Shown piece after piece: positions 1 to 9,872 of a stretch of 62,194 bases of DNA; within the stretch, counting starts at the first letter, position 1; each line of letters opens with the position of its first letter. This stretch comes from an uncultured Fidelibacterota bacterium (GTDB lineage Bacteria; Fidelibacterota; Marinisomatia; Marinisomatales; Marinisomataceae). Below the pieces are notes generated by a model. That model worked only from the letters and a program-made list of their open reading frames with translations. It was not told the DNA's origin and did not search any database. A program made the translations under genes and the position numbers. The stretch is taken from NCBI GenBank assembly GCA_902575395.1, contig CACGRA010000003.1, positions 1 through 62,194 of the forward strand, in the 5' to 3' direction.

Positions 1-210
1 TTTGATATACATCCTATACACTTAGCCATTATTTTTATTGCAAACTTGGAATTGGGATATATTACGCCTCCAGTAGGGATGAATTTATTTTTATCATCTT
101 ATCGTTTTGAGAAAGATATGCCAACCGTTTATAAAGCAACAATGCCATACTTTTTTATAAGGCTAATTGGTGTTTTGTTTATAACATATATTCCTTTGTT
201 CTTTTATTAA
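1..210 (+). CDS. TRAP transporter large permease (DctM family), C-terminal fragment
   Basis: Frame 1 reads FDIHPIHLAIIFIANLELGYITPPVGMNLF...LFFY*; the TPPVG.NL motif is typical of DctM; 5' end outside the window; not in the ORF track. Confidence 0.85.
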   Translation, partial: FDIHPIHLAIIFIANLELGYITPPVGMNLFLSSYRFEKDMPTVYKATMPYFFIRLIGVLFITYIPLFFY

Positions 211-233
211 ATTTTGTTTATACTTAACACATC

Positions 234-1169
234 ATGAGTTATAGAAAATTTATATTTGCTTTACTATTAGTTTCTCAAGTAGCAATGGCTCAAGGAAAAG
301 CGGGTTCTTTATTTCTAGCAATTAATCCAGGCGCAAGAGCAAATGCTATGGGAGAAGCTCAGATAGGAATTGCAAATGATGTTTATTCTACATACTACAA
401 TCCAGCTGGGCTTTCTAATCTTCAAGGAATGGAAGCTTCATTTATGCATACTAGCTATTTGCCAAATTTAGTTGATGATATGTCATATGATTTTATTGCT
501 TTTGGAACTCCTTTTAGGGGCGATGCTGCAATTGGAGGCCATTTTACCTATTTAAACCTTGGTGATCAGATTAGCACTGATGACAATGGTGTTGAACTTG
601 GTACATTTTCTAGCTATATGTATGCATTAAATTTGTCATACTCAAAAAGAATTGATGAAAATTCATCATGGGGAGTTAATGGTAAATATTTTTACCAAGA
701 GCTCGCAGACTTAAGTAGCGTTGATGCAGCAACTGGTAGTTTCGCTGTTGATTTAGGGTATTTTAAACGTAATGCTATGGATAATCCGAACCTCACTATG
801 GGAGCTGTTTTAACTAATGTTGGCCCAGGTGTAAGTTTTAATGATGGCGATTCAGATCCACTTCCTACACGTTTAGGATTTGGAATTGGGTTGGCAATGC
901 TTGAAGGAAAAGGGAATCTAGCATTTGATTTGAATTATGAGGTAAATGACCAAGCAATGGTAACGAATCTTGGTTTCGAGTATTTCATTGTAGATAACTT
1001 TGCTTTTAGAGGAGGATTCATGAATGATCCATCTGGAGAACTAAGTTACACTACCTTAGGCTTAGGCGCTCGTTTGGATCCTATTGGGTTTGATGTTAGC
1101 TATGTTATGGGCGGAAATCTCGATCCACATTCAGATATGGTGAGATTTTCTTTCAGTGGCTCTTTCTAA
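234..1169 (+). CDS. PorV/PorQ family outer-membrane beta-barrel (FadL-like)
   Basis: Signal peptide, FLAINPGARANAMGEA and YYNPAGL motifs, C-terminal Phe. Confidence 0.8.
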   Translation: MSYRKFIFALLLVSQVAMAQGKAGSLFLAINPGARANAMGEAQIGIANDVYSTYYNPAGLSNLQGMEASFMHTSYLPNLVDDMSYDFIAFGTPFRGDAAIGGHFTYLNLGDQISTDDNGVELGTFSSYMYALNLSYSKRIDENSSWGVNGKYFYQELADLSSVDAATGSFAVDLGYFKRNAMDNPNLTMGAVLTNVGPGVSFNDGDSDPLPTRLGFGIGLAMLEGKGNLAFDLNYEVNDQAMVTNLGFEYFIVDNFAFRGGFMNDPSGELSYTTLGLGARLDPIGFDVSYVMGGNLDPHSDMVRFSFSGSF

Positions 1170-1938
1170 CTATTCTTATTCATCTATATTTCCTAGCGTG
1201 AGAATATTTCTTATACTAATTCTTTTCTATTTAGCTGGATGCTCGTCTAATCCATTTAATGATGACATCCCTTATAAACAAAGATTTGATGATGGTTTAG
1301 CATTTTTTGAAGAAGAGAAATATGGCCGTGCTGCTCAACAATTTAATATTATCGTACAAAGAGCGTCTCATACAGACCTTGGCGATGATGCATTGTTTTT
1401 TCTTGCAGAATCATACTATTTAGATAATGATTATGATTTGGCCTTGCTTGAATATGAGAAATTGGTATCTAGAATGGGCTTTAGCCCTTATATAGAAAAA
1501 GCGCGTTGGAGAATTTGTGAATCACTTATGAAATTATCTCCTAATTATTATCATGATCAAGATTCAAGCAAAAAAGCTATTCAAGAGATACAGCAGTTTA
1601 TAGATGATTACCCAAAATCTGAATATTCAATTGATGCAGATCAGTTAATTAAGAACATAAGATTAACGTTAGCTAAAAAGAATATGGAAACTGGTGAATT
1701 ATATATGAAGTTGAAAGCATATGATTCTGCAGTAGTGTCATATAAAATTGTTACAACAGACTATTATGATACAAAGTACTATAGTGATGCAAATTTAGAG
1801 ATTATCCGTTGTCTTGTTATGATGGATAAAAAAGATGAAGCCAAGACTTTTTTAGATGATCTTACAGAAAAAAATGAATCATCTATAGATGAGAACTTTA
1901 AAGAATTAGCATCTGAAATTTTAAACGATCCATCATAA
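1156..1938 (+). CDS. bamD: Outer membrane protein assembly lipoprotein BamD
   Basis: Lipobox LAGC, TPR-like repeats, 'DQ...AI...Q.FID.YP.S.Y' and 'LA.K....G..Y' segments. Confidence 0.85.
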   Translation: MALSNYSYSSIFPSVRIFLILILFYLAGCSSNPFNDDIPYKQRFDDGLAFFEEEKYGRAAQQFNIIVQRASHTDLGDDALFFLAESYYLDNDYDLALLEYEKLVSRMGFSPYIEKARWRICESLMKLSPNYYHDQDSSKKAIQEIQQFIDDYPKSEYSIDADQLIKNIRLTLAKKNMETGELYMKLKAYDSAVVSYKIVTTDYYDTKYYSDANLEIIRCLVMMDKKDEAKTFLDDLTEKNESSIDENFKELASEILNDPS

Positions 1939-1958
1939 ATTTTATAGAAAGATAGATA

Positions 1959-2540
1959 ATGAAAACTTGTATTTTTGGCGGAACTTTTGACCCTCCTCAT
2001 ATTGGTCATCTTTTAATTGCACAGACTGTTTTTGAATCTGAAAATTTTGAAAGATTAATATTTGTTCCTGCTAATATTTCACCAGCAAAAAAGAATGGAG
2101 ATAGTTCTTCTCCTAATGAGAGATCAAAAATGTTAGAAATAGCCCTAATAAACAATCCTAATTTTGAAATTTCTGATTTAGAAATCAAAAGAGAAGGAAT
2201 AAGTTATACTATTGATACTATAAGAGAATTTGTTGATGATCTTAAATTGGATAAAGATGAATTATTTTTTCTTATGGGAAGTGATACTTTGAAAAGTTTT
2301 CATACGTGGAAAGATCCTGAAGAAATTCTTAATCTCTGCAATATTATTGTTGCAATTAGACCAGGGTTTACTCCAAGCGATATTCCACAATGGGTTTTAG
2401 ACAATGTTCGTTTTGCAAACATACCAAGATTTGAAGTTTCTTCTACAAATATAAGAAGAAGATGGAGAGAAGGTAAAACAATCAGATATATGGTTACAAA
2501 AGAAGTCTGGGAATATATTGATGAAAAGGATTTATACTAA
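1959..2540 (+). CDS. nadD: Nicotinate-nucleotide adenylyltransferase
   Basis: IFGGTFDPPHIGH, SYTIDT, VSST.IR motifs. Confidence 0.95.
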   Translation: MKTCIFGGTFDPPHIGHLLIAQTVFESENFERLIFVPANISPAKKNGDSSSPNERSKMLEIALINNPNFEISDLEIKREGISYTIDTIREFVDDLKLDKDELFFLMGSDTLKSFHTWKDPEEILNLCNIIVAIRPGFTPSDIPQWVLDNVRFANIPRFEVSSTNIRRRWREGKTIRYMVTKEVWEYIDEKDLY

Positions 2541-3472
2541 TGCTACCAATGCTATCTAGTATATTTTTTCTTATAGTCGGCTCCATTGGTCTTTACTTTG
2601 GATCAGAGTGGTTAATAGATGGTGCAAAAAATCTTGCAAAAAGACTTAAAATATCTGATTTAGTTATAGGATTAACAATTGTATCTATCGGCACTTCTTT
2701 TCCTGAGCTTGTGATTGGGTTAATATCTGCATGGGAAGGATACAATGATTTTATTCTTGGAAATGTTTTAGGTTCTAATATAGCAAATATTGGATTAGCA
2801 CTAGGGTTGCCTGCATTGCTGTATAATATATCATTTCATTCAAGAGATTTAACTTCTGTTTTTATTTATAATCTTATAGCGGTTGCATATCTCTATTATA
2901 TATTATTAGATGATAAAATTGTTCTCATAGAAGCACAAGGACTGTTGTTTATATTTGTAGTTTATATGATTGGAAGTTTTTTAAGGCCAGATGCTACTGC
3001 CAAAATTGAATTAGATGAAGATGATAATTTATCATTAATAAATTCAATTTCCAGATTGGTAGCTGGCGCAGTTATGCTTTGGGCAGGATCAGATTTATTT
3101 GTTAATAATGGTGCAGCTCCATTTGCTAGAGAGTTAGGTGTTTCTGAAAAGGCAGTAGGGATGACGGTTGTTGCAATTGGAACATCATTGCCTGAAATAT
3201 TCGTTACTTTAATGGCTTTATCTAGAAAAGCAGTAGGCATATCTCTTGGAAATATTATTGGATCTAATATATTTAATATTTTGTTTGTTTTAGGGTCTGT
3301 TGGTTTGGTAGGAACTATTGATGCCTCACCTGCAACAGAAGAGCTTTTGTTTGGATTATTTTTATTATTCTTGTTATGGATTTTTGGAATGTTCTTCAAT
3401 GGTTTAAATAAATTTTCTGGAGCATTCTTAGTTTTATTGTATATAATCTTTGCTTATCTTCAATTTTCATGA
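2540..3472 (+). CDS. Calcium/sodium antiporter (YrbG/CaCA family)
   Basis: Two alpha-repeats GTS(F/L)PE and GN..GSN; multi-pass membrane protein. Confidence 0.92.
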   Translation: MLPMLSSIFFLIVGSIGLYFGSEWLIDGAKNLAKRLKISDLVIGLTIVSIGTSFPELVIGLISAWEGYNDFILGNVLGSNIANIGLALGLPALLYNISFHSRDLTSVFIYNLIAVAYLYYILLDDKIVLIEAQGLLFIFVVYMIGSFLRPDATAKIELDEDDNLSLINSISRLVAGAVMLWAGSDLFVNNGAAPFARELGVSEKAVGMTVVAIGTSLPEIFVTLMALSRKAVGISLGNIIGSNIFNILFVLGSVGLVGTIDASPATEELLFGLFLLFLLWIFGMFFNGLNKFSGAFLVLLYIIFAYLQFS

Positions 3473-4122
3473 TTGATTTTAAAGATATAACCTATAATTA
3501 CTCGCATCAATCTGGAGTATATAACATTGACCTAAAAATTAAAAAAGATGAATTTTGTTTTCTTGTTGGTCCAACTGGTTCTGGTAAAACTACTCTTTTA
3601 AAACTGCTTTATTTTGACTTATTTCCCCATAAAGGAAAAGTAGAAATATTAAAATATTCATCTGCAAATATCAAAAAATCTTCGATACATAAAGTAAGAA
3701 AAAAGATTGGGGTTGTTTTTCAAGATTACAAACTATTAAAACAGAGAACTGTTTATGAAAATATTGCACTCCCGTTACATATAAATGGAGTAGGAAGAAA
3801 AAAGATTAAACAGCTTGTTAATGAAGCGCTAGATTTAACAGAATTATCACATTATTCCAAAAAATTTCCTAATGAATTATCTGGAGGAGAACAGCAAAGG
3901 GTATGTATTGCAAGAGCTATTGTTAAAAATCCTGATGTTATACTAGCAGATGAACCGACTGGAAATTTAGACCCTACTACTGGACATAGAATATTGAAAA
4001 TACTTGAACAAATAAATAAAGAGGGAACATGTGTAGTTATGGCGACTCATAATTACAAATTAATATCTGATAAAGCATATAGAATTATAGAGTTAAATGA
4101 AGGTAAAGTGGTAAGCGGATGA
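3469..4122 (+). CDS. ftsE: Cell division ATP-binding protein FtsE
   Basis: Walker A GPTGSGKT, VFQDYKLL, LSGGEQQR, ADEPTGNLD; precedes ftsX. Confidence 0.93.
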   Translation: MIDFKDITYNYSHQSGVYNIDLKIKKDEFCFLVGPTGSGKTTLLKLLYFDLFPHKGKVEILKYSSANIKKSSIHKVRKKIGVVFQDYKLLKQRTVYENIALPLHINGVGRKKIKQLVNEALDLTELSHYSKKFPNELSGGEQQRVCIARAIVKNPDVILADEPTGNLDPTTGHRILKILEQINKEGTCVVMATHNYKLISDKAYRIIELNEGKVVSG

Positions 4123-4976
4123 TAGATAAAATAGCATTTTTATTTGTCGAAGGGATTAAAAATTTTACTAGAAACAAGCTAGCTAATTTTATATGCATCA
4201 TTACAATCTTAATCAATTTCACAATACTCGGTACTTTTTTTGTTTTTGGTTATAATACGGACAATATTGTAAACTTTTTTAGGTCAAAATACACTTTTGA
4301 AGTGTTTTTAAATTCTGATACAAACTTGGATCAAGCTGTTACCTTAAAAAATGAATTTTTAGATAATACTTTAATATCTTCTGTTGACTTAATTGGAAAA
4401 GAAGAATCAGCAAAAATATTTTATGATGAATTTGGAGAAGATATTATTCAAATATTAGGATACAATCCTCTTCCGATGTCGTTAAAGGTAAATTTACATG
4501 ATAAAGGTTTTGATTCTGAAGAAGTCAATCTTCTAATAGAAAAATATGGATCAAACTCATTTGTTGACGAAATAGTTTATCAGGGAAGCTATGTTGATAA
4601 TATTGAAAGCAGGATTAATCTGTTTATCTTTATTTTTCTTGTATTAGTTTTGTTGCTGATATTTATATCTATTCAAATTATAGGAAATACAACAAGTCTT
4701 TCAATGTCCAATCGTAAAGATTTTATTGAAATTCTTCGATATAATGGTGCATCAAATTTATTTATTAAAACTCCTTTTCTAATTGAAGCATTTTTACAAT
4801 CATTAGTAGGCTCTTTGCTTGCATTTTTATTAGTGAAGTATGGATTTGTTATAATAAATTCCTATCTTGGTGTTAATATAAAAATTGATGATTATTTATG
4901 GGCATGGATGATTGTTCTTTCTTTAATTGTAAGCAGTTATGCATCAAGTAAATCAATGAAGAGAATATTATTATGA
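4119..4976 (+). CDS. ftsX: Cell division permease FtsX
   Basis: NPLP periplasmic motif, GA...FI..PFLIE, four TM segments. Confidence 0.9.
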   Translation: MIDKIAFLFVEGIKNFTRNKLANFICIITILINFTILGTFFVFGYNTDNIVNFFRSKYTFEVFLNSDTNLDQAVTLKNEFLDNTLISSVDLIGKEESAKIFYDEFGEDIIQILGYNPLPMSLKVNLHDKGFDSEEVNLLIEKYGSNSFVDEIVYQGSYVDNIESRINLFIFIFLVLVLLLIFISIQIIGNTTSLSMSNRKDFIEILRYNGASNLFIKTPFLIEAFLQSLVGSLLAFLLVKYGFVIINSYLGVNIKIDDYLWAWMIVLSLIVSSYASSKSMKRILL

Positions 4977-5479
4977 ATAAAAAAGTAAAAAACGGATCTG
5001 ATCAAGAAGCGGTTAAGAAAAAATCACCAAAGAAGAAATCGGTTACTAAAAAAGATTTAGAGATTCTTGTCAATGAATTAAAAGAAAAAGAGCTACGATT
5101 AAGAGCAGAATTTGACAATTTTAGAAAAAGAAAAGAATCTGAAATAGCAGGTATTTTAAAATATGAAGGAAAAAGTTTTGTTCTCGATTTTCTTTCTATT
5201 CTTGACACTATTAATAGAGGAATTGAATCTTATAAAGAAGACAATATCAAGGATGCGCTCAAGTTAATCCAGAAAGATTTTTTAAAGAAAATGGAAGAGA
5301 AAGAAATAACTCAATTTGGAGAAAAAGGAGAAATTTTTGACCCTGAATTACACGAAGCATTAACAACAACAAATGATAGCAAAAAGAAAGACAATGAAAT
5401 TGTAGAAGTATATGAAGCAGGATTCCAATATAAAGATTTAATCATAAAGCATGCTAAAGTAGTCGTTAATAAAAAATGA
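4973..5479 (+). CDS. grpE: Nucleotide exchange factor GrpE
   Basis: [26 protein letters not shown]. Confidence 0.95.
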   Translation: MNKKVKNGSDQEAVKKKSPKKKSVTKKDLEILVNELKEKELRLRAEFDNFRKRKESEIAGILKYEGKSFVLDFLSILDTINRGIESYKEDNIKDALKLIQKDFLKKMEEKEITQFGEKGEIFDPELHEALTTTNDSKKKDNEIVEVYEAGFQYKDLIIKHAKVVVNKK

Positions 5480-6558
5480 AAGATTATTATGAAATATTAG
5501 GCGTCTCAAAAGGGGCTAATGAAACAGAAATTAAGCGTGCATATCGTAAGATTGCGATGAAATATCATCCAGATCGTAATCCAGATGATAAAGAAGCCGA
5601 AAAGAAGTTTAAAGAAGCTGCTGAAGCATATTCAATTCTAGGAGACCCATCAAAACGTCAACAGTATGATCAATTTGGACATTCTGCATTTGGTGGCATG
5701 GGAGGAGGCCAAGGCGGATTCCAATCAATGAATATGGAAGATATCTTTAGTCAATTTGGAGATATATTTGGTGGCAACAATCCTTTTGAGTCTTTTTTCT
5801 CAGGTAGAGGAGCATCTTCAAGAGCTAGGACTGGCGGTGATATTAAAATAAAGATTAGCCTTACCTATGATGAGATAGTAAATGGTGGTTCTAAAAAGAT
5901 TAAACTAAAACGATTAAAATTAGCAGACGGTGTAACATTTTCTAATTGCTCTATGTGTGGTGGAGCTGGACAAATGACAAAGGTAACTAATTCTATACTT
6001 GGTCAAATGCGTTCTACATCTATCTGTCCTCAATGTAAAGGTTATGGAAAAACATTAGACAATATCCCTTCTGGAGCAGATAGAAATGGCATGATTAAAG
6101 TTGAAGAAACAATTAAGATTAATATTCCAGTTGGTGTTGAAAATGGAAATTATATGACTCTTGACTCGCAGGGACATGAAGATATTAATAGAACTTCTGG
6201 CGATCTTTATGTTTTTTTTGAAGAGGAAGAGCATGAATATTTTTCACGATACGGAGATGATATATTATTGCAAGTAAGAATCAATTTTTCTCAAGCTGTT
6301 TTTGGAGATAAAATTAATGTGCCTACTGTTGATGGAAAGGCAAGTTTAAAAATCCCAGCTGGTATCGAAGCGGGTCAGATTTTAAGAATCAGAGGAAAAG
6401 GATTTCCTCGTTTAAGAAGATCTGGAAGAGGGGATCAATTAGTCAAGATTCAAATTGATGTTCCGAAGAAATTATCTAAGGATGAAAAAGCAATTTTACA
6501 AGACTATCAAAACATCAAGAAAGGGAATGATGTTAGCTTTGAAAAATTTGACGATTAA
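5476..6558 (+). CDS. dnaJ: Chaperone DnaJ
   Basis: J domain with HPD, G/F region, two CxxCxGxG motifs, C-terminal domain. Confidence 0.96.
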   Translation: MKDYYEILGVSKGANETEIKRAYRKIAMKYHPDRNPDDKEAEKKFKEAAEAYSILGDPSKRQQYDQFGHSAFGGMGGGQGGFQSMNMEDIFSQFGDIFGGNNPFESFFSGRGASSRARTGGDIKIKISLTYDEIVNGGSKKIKLKRLKLADGVTFSNCSMCGGAGQMTKVTNSILGQMRSTSICPQCKGYGKTLDNIPSGADRNGMIKVEETIKINIPVGVENGNYMTLDSQGHEDINRTSGDLYVFFEEEEHEYFSRYGDDILLQVRINFSQAVFGDKINVPTVDGKASLKIPAGIEAGQILRIRGKGFPRLRRSGRGDQLVKIQIDVPKKLSKDEKAILQDYQNIKKGNDVSFEKFDD

Positions 6559-6603
6559 TGCCTTGTTATGAATCTTATTTATTGTAAATTCAGATAACAT
6601 AAA

Positions 6604-7380
6604 ATGGACAAGAAAAAACAAAAATTTTTTAACGACTATCTAGAAATAATCACATTTGTCATTTTTCTTATTATGTTAGTTGTTATTTACGTTCCTAGTA
6701 CAATTTGGCAAGAAGAAGATGCTTATAAGAATGAAAGCAGATTTCGTATGCAAAATGTATATAGCGTAGAAAACTTCTATAACATTTTAACAGGAGAGTA
6801 TGAACAAGATGGATTAAAAGCACTTAGGCTTGTGAATGCTGTAAGAGATTCTTTAACAGCAGATTCTCTTTTTCTTGGAGAACAATCAGTTAAGTTGAGT
6901 GGAGAAGAATTTTTAATAGATGTTCCTAAAGGTTTTGATGTTGAGTATGATACCACATTTGGTCTTAGAAGAGTTGCAAAAGAAACTGTAGTAGACACAA
7001 CTGTAACAGTATTAATGCTTACTGAAGATGGAGCAGAAGATACTGTTTATGTTCAAAAAAGAAATTTAAAAGAAACGCTATCAGATCCATTATTCTTGAA
7101 TGTTGTATCTGAAAATACATTCGAACGCATTGAGACTGTTTCTTATTTTGATAGAAGATTTAGAAAAGAGAGAGATCCTTATGATTTTATTTCTTTGCCA
7201 GATTCTTCTCAGTTTAATTGTCCATTAACTGGTGATCCTTATATAATTGAGATTAGTGAAAATTCTATAAGAGTTTCTAGTCCAATTCGTTCTTACAGAG
7301 AAAATAGATATGGATTTTTCTCTCTTAAAACCAGAAGTCATGGGTATATCATTGACGGAACCAGAAGTTGGGATAATTAG
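6604..7380 (+). CDS. Hypothetical single-pass membrane protein with pilin-like N-terminal helix
   Basis: Long ORF, N-terminal TM helix with pilin-like Glu/Pro spacing; product uncertain. Confidence 0.55.
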   Translation: MDKKKQKFFNDYLEIITFVIFLIMLVVIYVPSTIWQEEDAYKNESRFRMQNVYSVENFYNILTGEYEQDGLKALRLVNAVRDSLTADSLFLGEQSVKLSGEEFLIDVPKGFDVEYDTTFGLRRVAKETVVDTTVTVLMLTEDGAEDTVYVQKRNLKETLSDPLFLNVVSENTFERIETVSYFDRRFRKERDPYDFISLPDSSQFNCPLTGDPYIIEISENSIRVSSPIRSYRENRYGFFSLKTRSHGYIIDGTRSWDN

Positions 7381-7384
7381 TTGA

Positions 7385-8890
7385 TTGTTATACTTTATAG
7401 TACATAATAATACTCTATCTCTATTTAAAGAAAACTCTGAGAAAGATTTATTAAATCTCCACTCAAAAATTACATTTCATCATCCTTTATTGTCTTGTAT
7501 AAACGATTCAAAGATATTGAATAATGTTATTTCTCAAGCATTAGATGAATTGAACGAAAAAGAATTGTTAGAGAACCAAGATGCTTCAATAATTATAAGT
7601 GATAGTTTGTTGTCTCATTCATTGGTTGTTAATGACGGTAAAAGTGATTCAGAATTAGCTCAAAAGATAAAAGACGAACTTCAGGCAAAATGGAGAGATT
7701 TGTTTGATAATTATTTTTATATATCAGAAAATAAAAAATCATCAAAGAAAACCATTCATATTGTTGAGATTAATCACTATTTAAAGGATAAGATTAAATT
7801 AAACTTTAATAATTTCGGAATTGATATTAAATCGCTTGTTCCGATGTCTAGCATTGCTCTGTCTAAGATTAAGACAACGCAGTACGGTGTAATCAAATCA
7901 AAAAGCGATTATCTTATCTTTAATTATTCACGAAAAGGTTTTTCATTTTTTAAAGCTAATTATACTTCAAAAGGCAAAATGTTTAATAGGATAGTTGGTT
8001 TCAATAGTTTGTCAAAAGTTTCAGAAGCTACTCTTAAAAAATCCAATACCAAATTTAGATTTTTCTCTGACCTTGATATTGTAGAAAATTTATCACATAT
8101 GATTAAAAATTCTGTTCCTATGTTAAATTTTATTAATCCAGTTGGAGTGCAAATTGTTGACGGAAGCCTCTATGAGAAAAAGAAAACTTTTACAAAACAA
8201 ACTGATACAAAAAATTTCTTTTATCATTTCAGAAATGCAATTGCAGCATTGTTAACACTGGCTGTGTTGTTAGTTGCTTTACAGATTGTAAATCAAACTG
8301 ATTTAAAAGAACTAGATGCTGATTTTGTCACTGTATTGGAAGAAGTAGAAGAGAAAGTAGTTGATATTACACCTGAGCTTAATAAACCTATATCAAATAG
8401 TCGATTTGAGTCATATAATATTAAATCTTATGCTATGATTGATGCTTTCCAATCAGTTCTTGATTCAAGTTATGGTGAATCAATTGATGTATTAAGTGTT
8501 GTTAATGGAACTTTATCAGCACAAGGTAGCGTTGATATTACAGGTTTATTAATTGACGTAGATCCAAACTCAGTTAAAGAAATTAATCTTTCAGAAAATA
8601 AGATATCCTATAAGATAGATTTATTCTCACCTCCGGAAGATAATCAAAATTCCATGTCAATTTCTAATTTCCTCAATTCAGTTGTTGATATAAAAAATAT
8701 AGATTTTAAACTTATTGATGGCACATTGCTCGATGAAAAAGTTGATAATTTGATATTAAGAATTGAGCAAAAAGATATGTTTGAAAATGTTATTAATCAG
8801 ATAAAGGGTTATGATAATTTTATTGTTCGCAAGATTTCATTTAAAAGATCTGATAATTCAACTCATATTTATATTACCGTTTTAAGTTAA
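7385..8890 (+). CDS. Hypothetical protein with central TM helix (possible degenerate PilM/PilN-like fusion)
   Basis: 501-aa ORF with TTG start; one TM helix near residues 285-302. Confidence 0.5.
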   Translation: MLYFIVHNNTLSLFKENSEKDLLNLHSKITFHHPLLSCINDSKILNNVISQALDELNEKELLENQDASIIISDSLLSHSLVVNDGKSDSELAQKIKDELQAKWRDLFDNYFYISENKKSSKKTIHIVEINHYLKDKIKLNFNNFGIDIKSLVPMSSIALSKIKTTQYGVIKSKSDYLIFNYSRKGFSFFKANYTSKGKMFNRIVGFNSLSKVSEATLKKSNTKFRFFSDLDIVENLSHMIKNSVPMLNFINPVGVQIVDGSLYEKKKTFTKQTDTKNFFYHFRNAIAALLTLAVLLVALQIVNQTDLKELDADFVTVLEEVEEKVVDITPELNKPISNSRFESYNIKSYAMIDAFQSVLDSSYGESIDVLSVVNGTLSAQGSVDITGLLIDVDPNSVKEINLSENKISYKIDLFSPPEDNQNSMSISNFLNSVVDIKNIDFKLIDGTLLDEKVDNLILRIEQKDMFENVINQIKGYDNFIVRKISFKRSDNSTHIYITVLS

Positions 8891-9396
8891 TGAAGATATT
8901 AGCAGGTCAATTTAAAAACCATGCTATTCAGTCGAATAAAAAGTTTGGATATCGTCCAACCACTTCTATTGCAAGAAAAAGTATCTTTGACACACTAAAA
9001 TCATTAGAAGGGAAACATTTCCTTGATTTATATGCAGGATCTGGTATTGTCGGATTTGAAGCTGCAAGTAGAGGAGCTGCATCAGTAACATTTATTGAGT
9101 TAGAAAAAAAACATATGAATCAAATTATTATTAATGCAAAAGCAATTGAGTATAATAATTTCAATTTTATGGTAAGAGATGCAAATAGGTTCCTCAAAAA
9201 GTCTTCATCTTATGATGTGATTTTTGCAGATCCGCCTTATACTGATTCTAGCACGAATAATTTGGTAGCATTAGGCTTAAATCGTCTCAATAAAGGCGGT
9301 GTGTTTATGTTAGAGTGCAAAAGCTATGAATTTCTTGCAGGATATGATAAAATTAGTAAATTTGGGGGCACAAACATACTTTATTGGCAGAGATGA
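8890..9396 (+). CDS. rsmD: 16S rRNA m2G966 methyltransferase RsmD
   Basis: RPT, LDLYAGSG..G.EAASRGA, DPPY; precedes coaD. Confidence 0.92.
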   Translation: MKILAGQFKNHAIQSNKKFGYRPTTSIARKSIFDTLKSLEGKHFLDLYAGSGIVGFEAASRGAASVTFIELEKKHMNQIIINAKAIEYNNFNFMVRDANRFLKKSSSYDVIFADPPYTDSSTNNLVALGLNRLNKGGVFMLECKSYEFLAGYDKISKFGGTNILYWQR

Positions 9397-9872
9397 AAAA
9401 AGTTATATATCCAGGCACTTTTGACCCGATTCACTATGGGCACATAGATATAGCAAAAAGAGCGTCTAAATTATTTGATGAAGTGCATATTTGTGTATCT
9501 GATAATGTTCAAAAAGATCCAATGTTCAGTCATGATGAGCGCGTTGAAATGATTGAAGAATGTTTCAATGATATTGATAATATACATGTTCACTCTAATC
9601 CTAAGAATTTGGTAATTAATTTTGCAAAAGACTGTGGTGCTGTGGCGATTATTAGAGGATTAAGACATGTCAGTGATTTTGAGTTTGAATTTCAAATGGC
9701 AAATGTTAATTATAGTATTGATTCTTCTGTTTCATCTTTGCTGATGATTCCTGATGAAAAATTTCTTCATTTGAATTCAACAATCATTAAAGATTTAGCA
9801 AAACATGATGCAGAACTAACAAAATTTGTTCCAGAGAATATTGAAAAAAGATTGAAAGGAAAGTTGCAATAA
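9393..9872 (+). CDS. coaD: Phosphopantetheine adenylyltransferase
   Basis: [23 protein letters not shown]; ATG 9393 overlapping the rsmD stop preferred over TTG 9384. Confidence 0.96.
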   Translation: MKKVIYPGTFDPIHYGHIDIAKRASKLFDEVHICVSDNVQKDPMFSHDERVEMIEECFNDIDNIHVHSNPKNLVINFAKDCGAVAIIRGLRHVSDFEFEFQMANVNYSIDSSVSSLLMIPDEKFLHLNSTIIKDLAKHDAELTKFVPENIEKRLKGKLQ

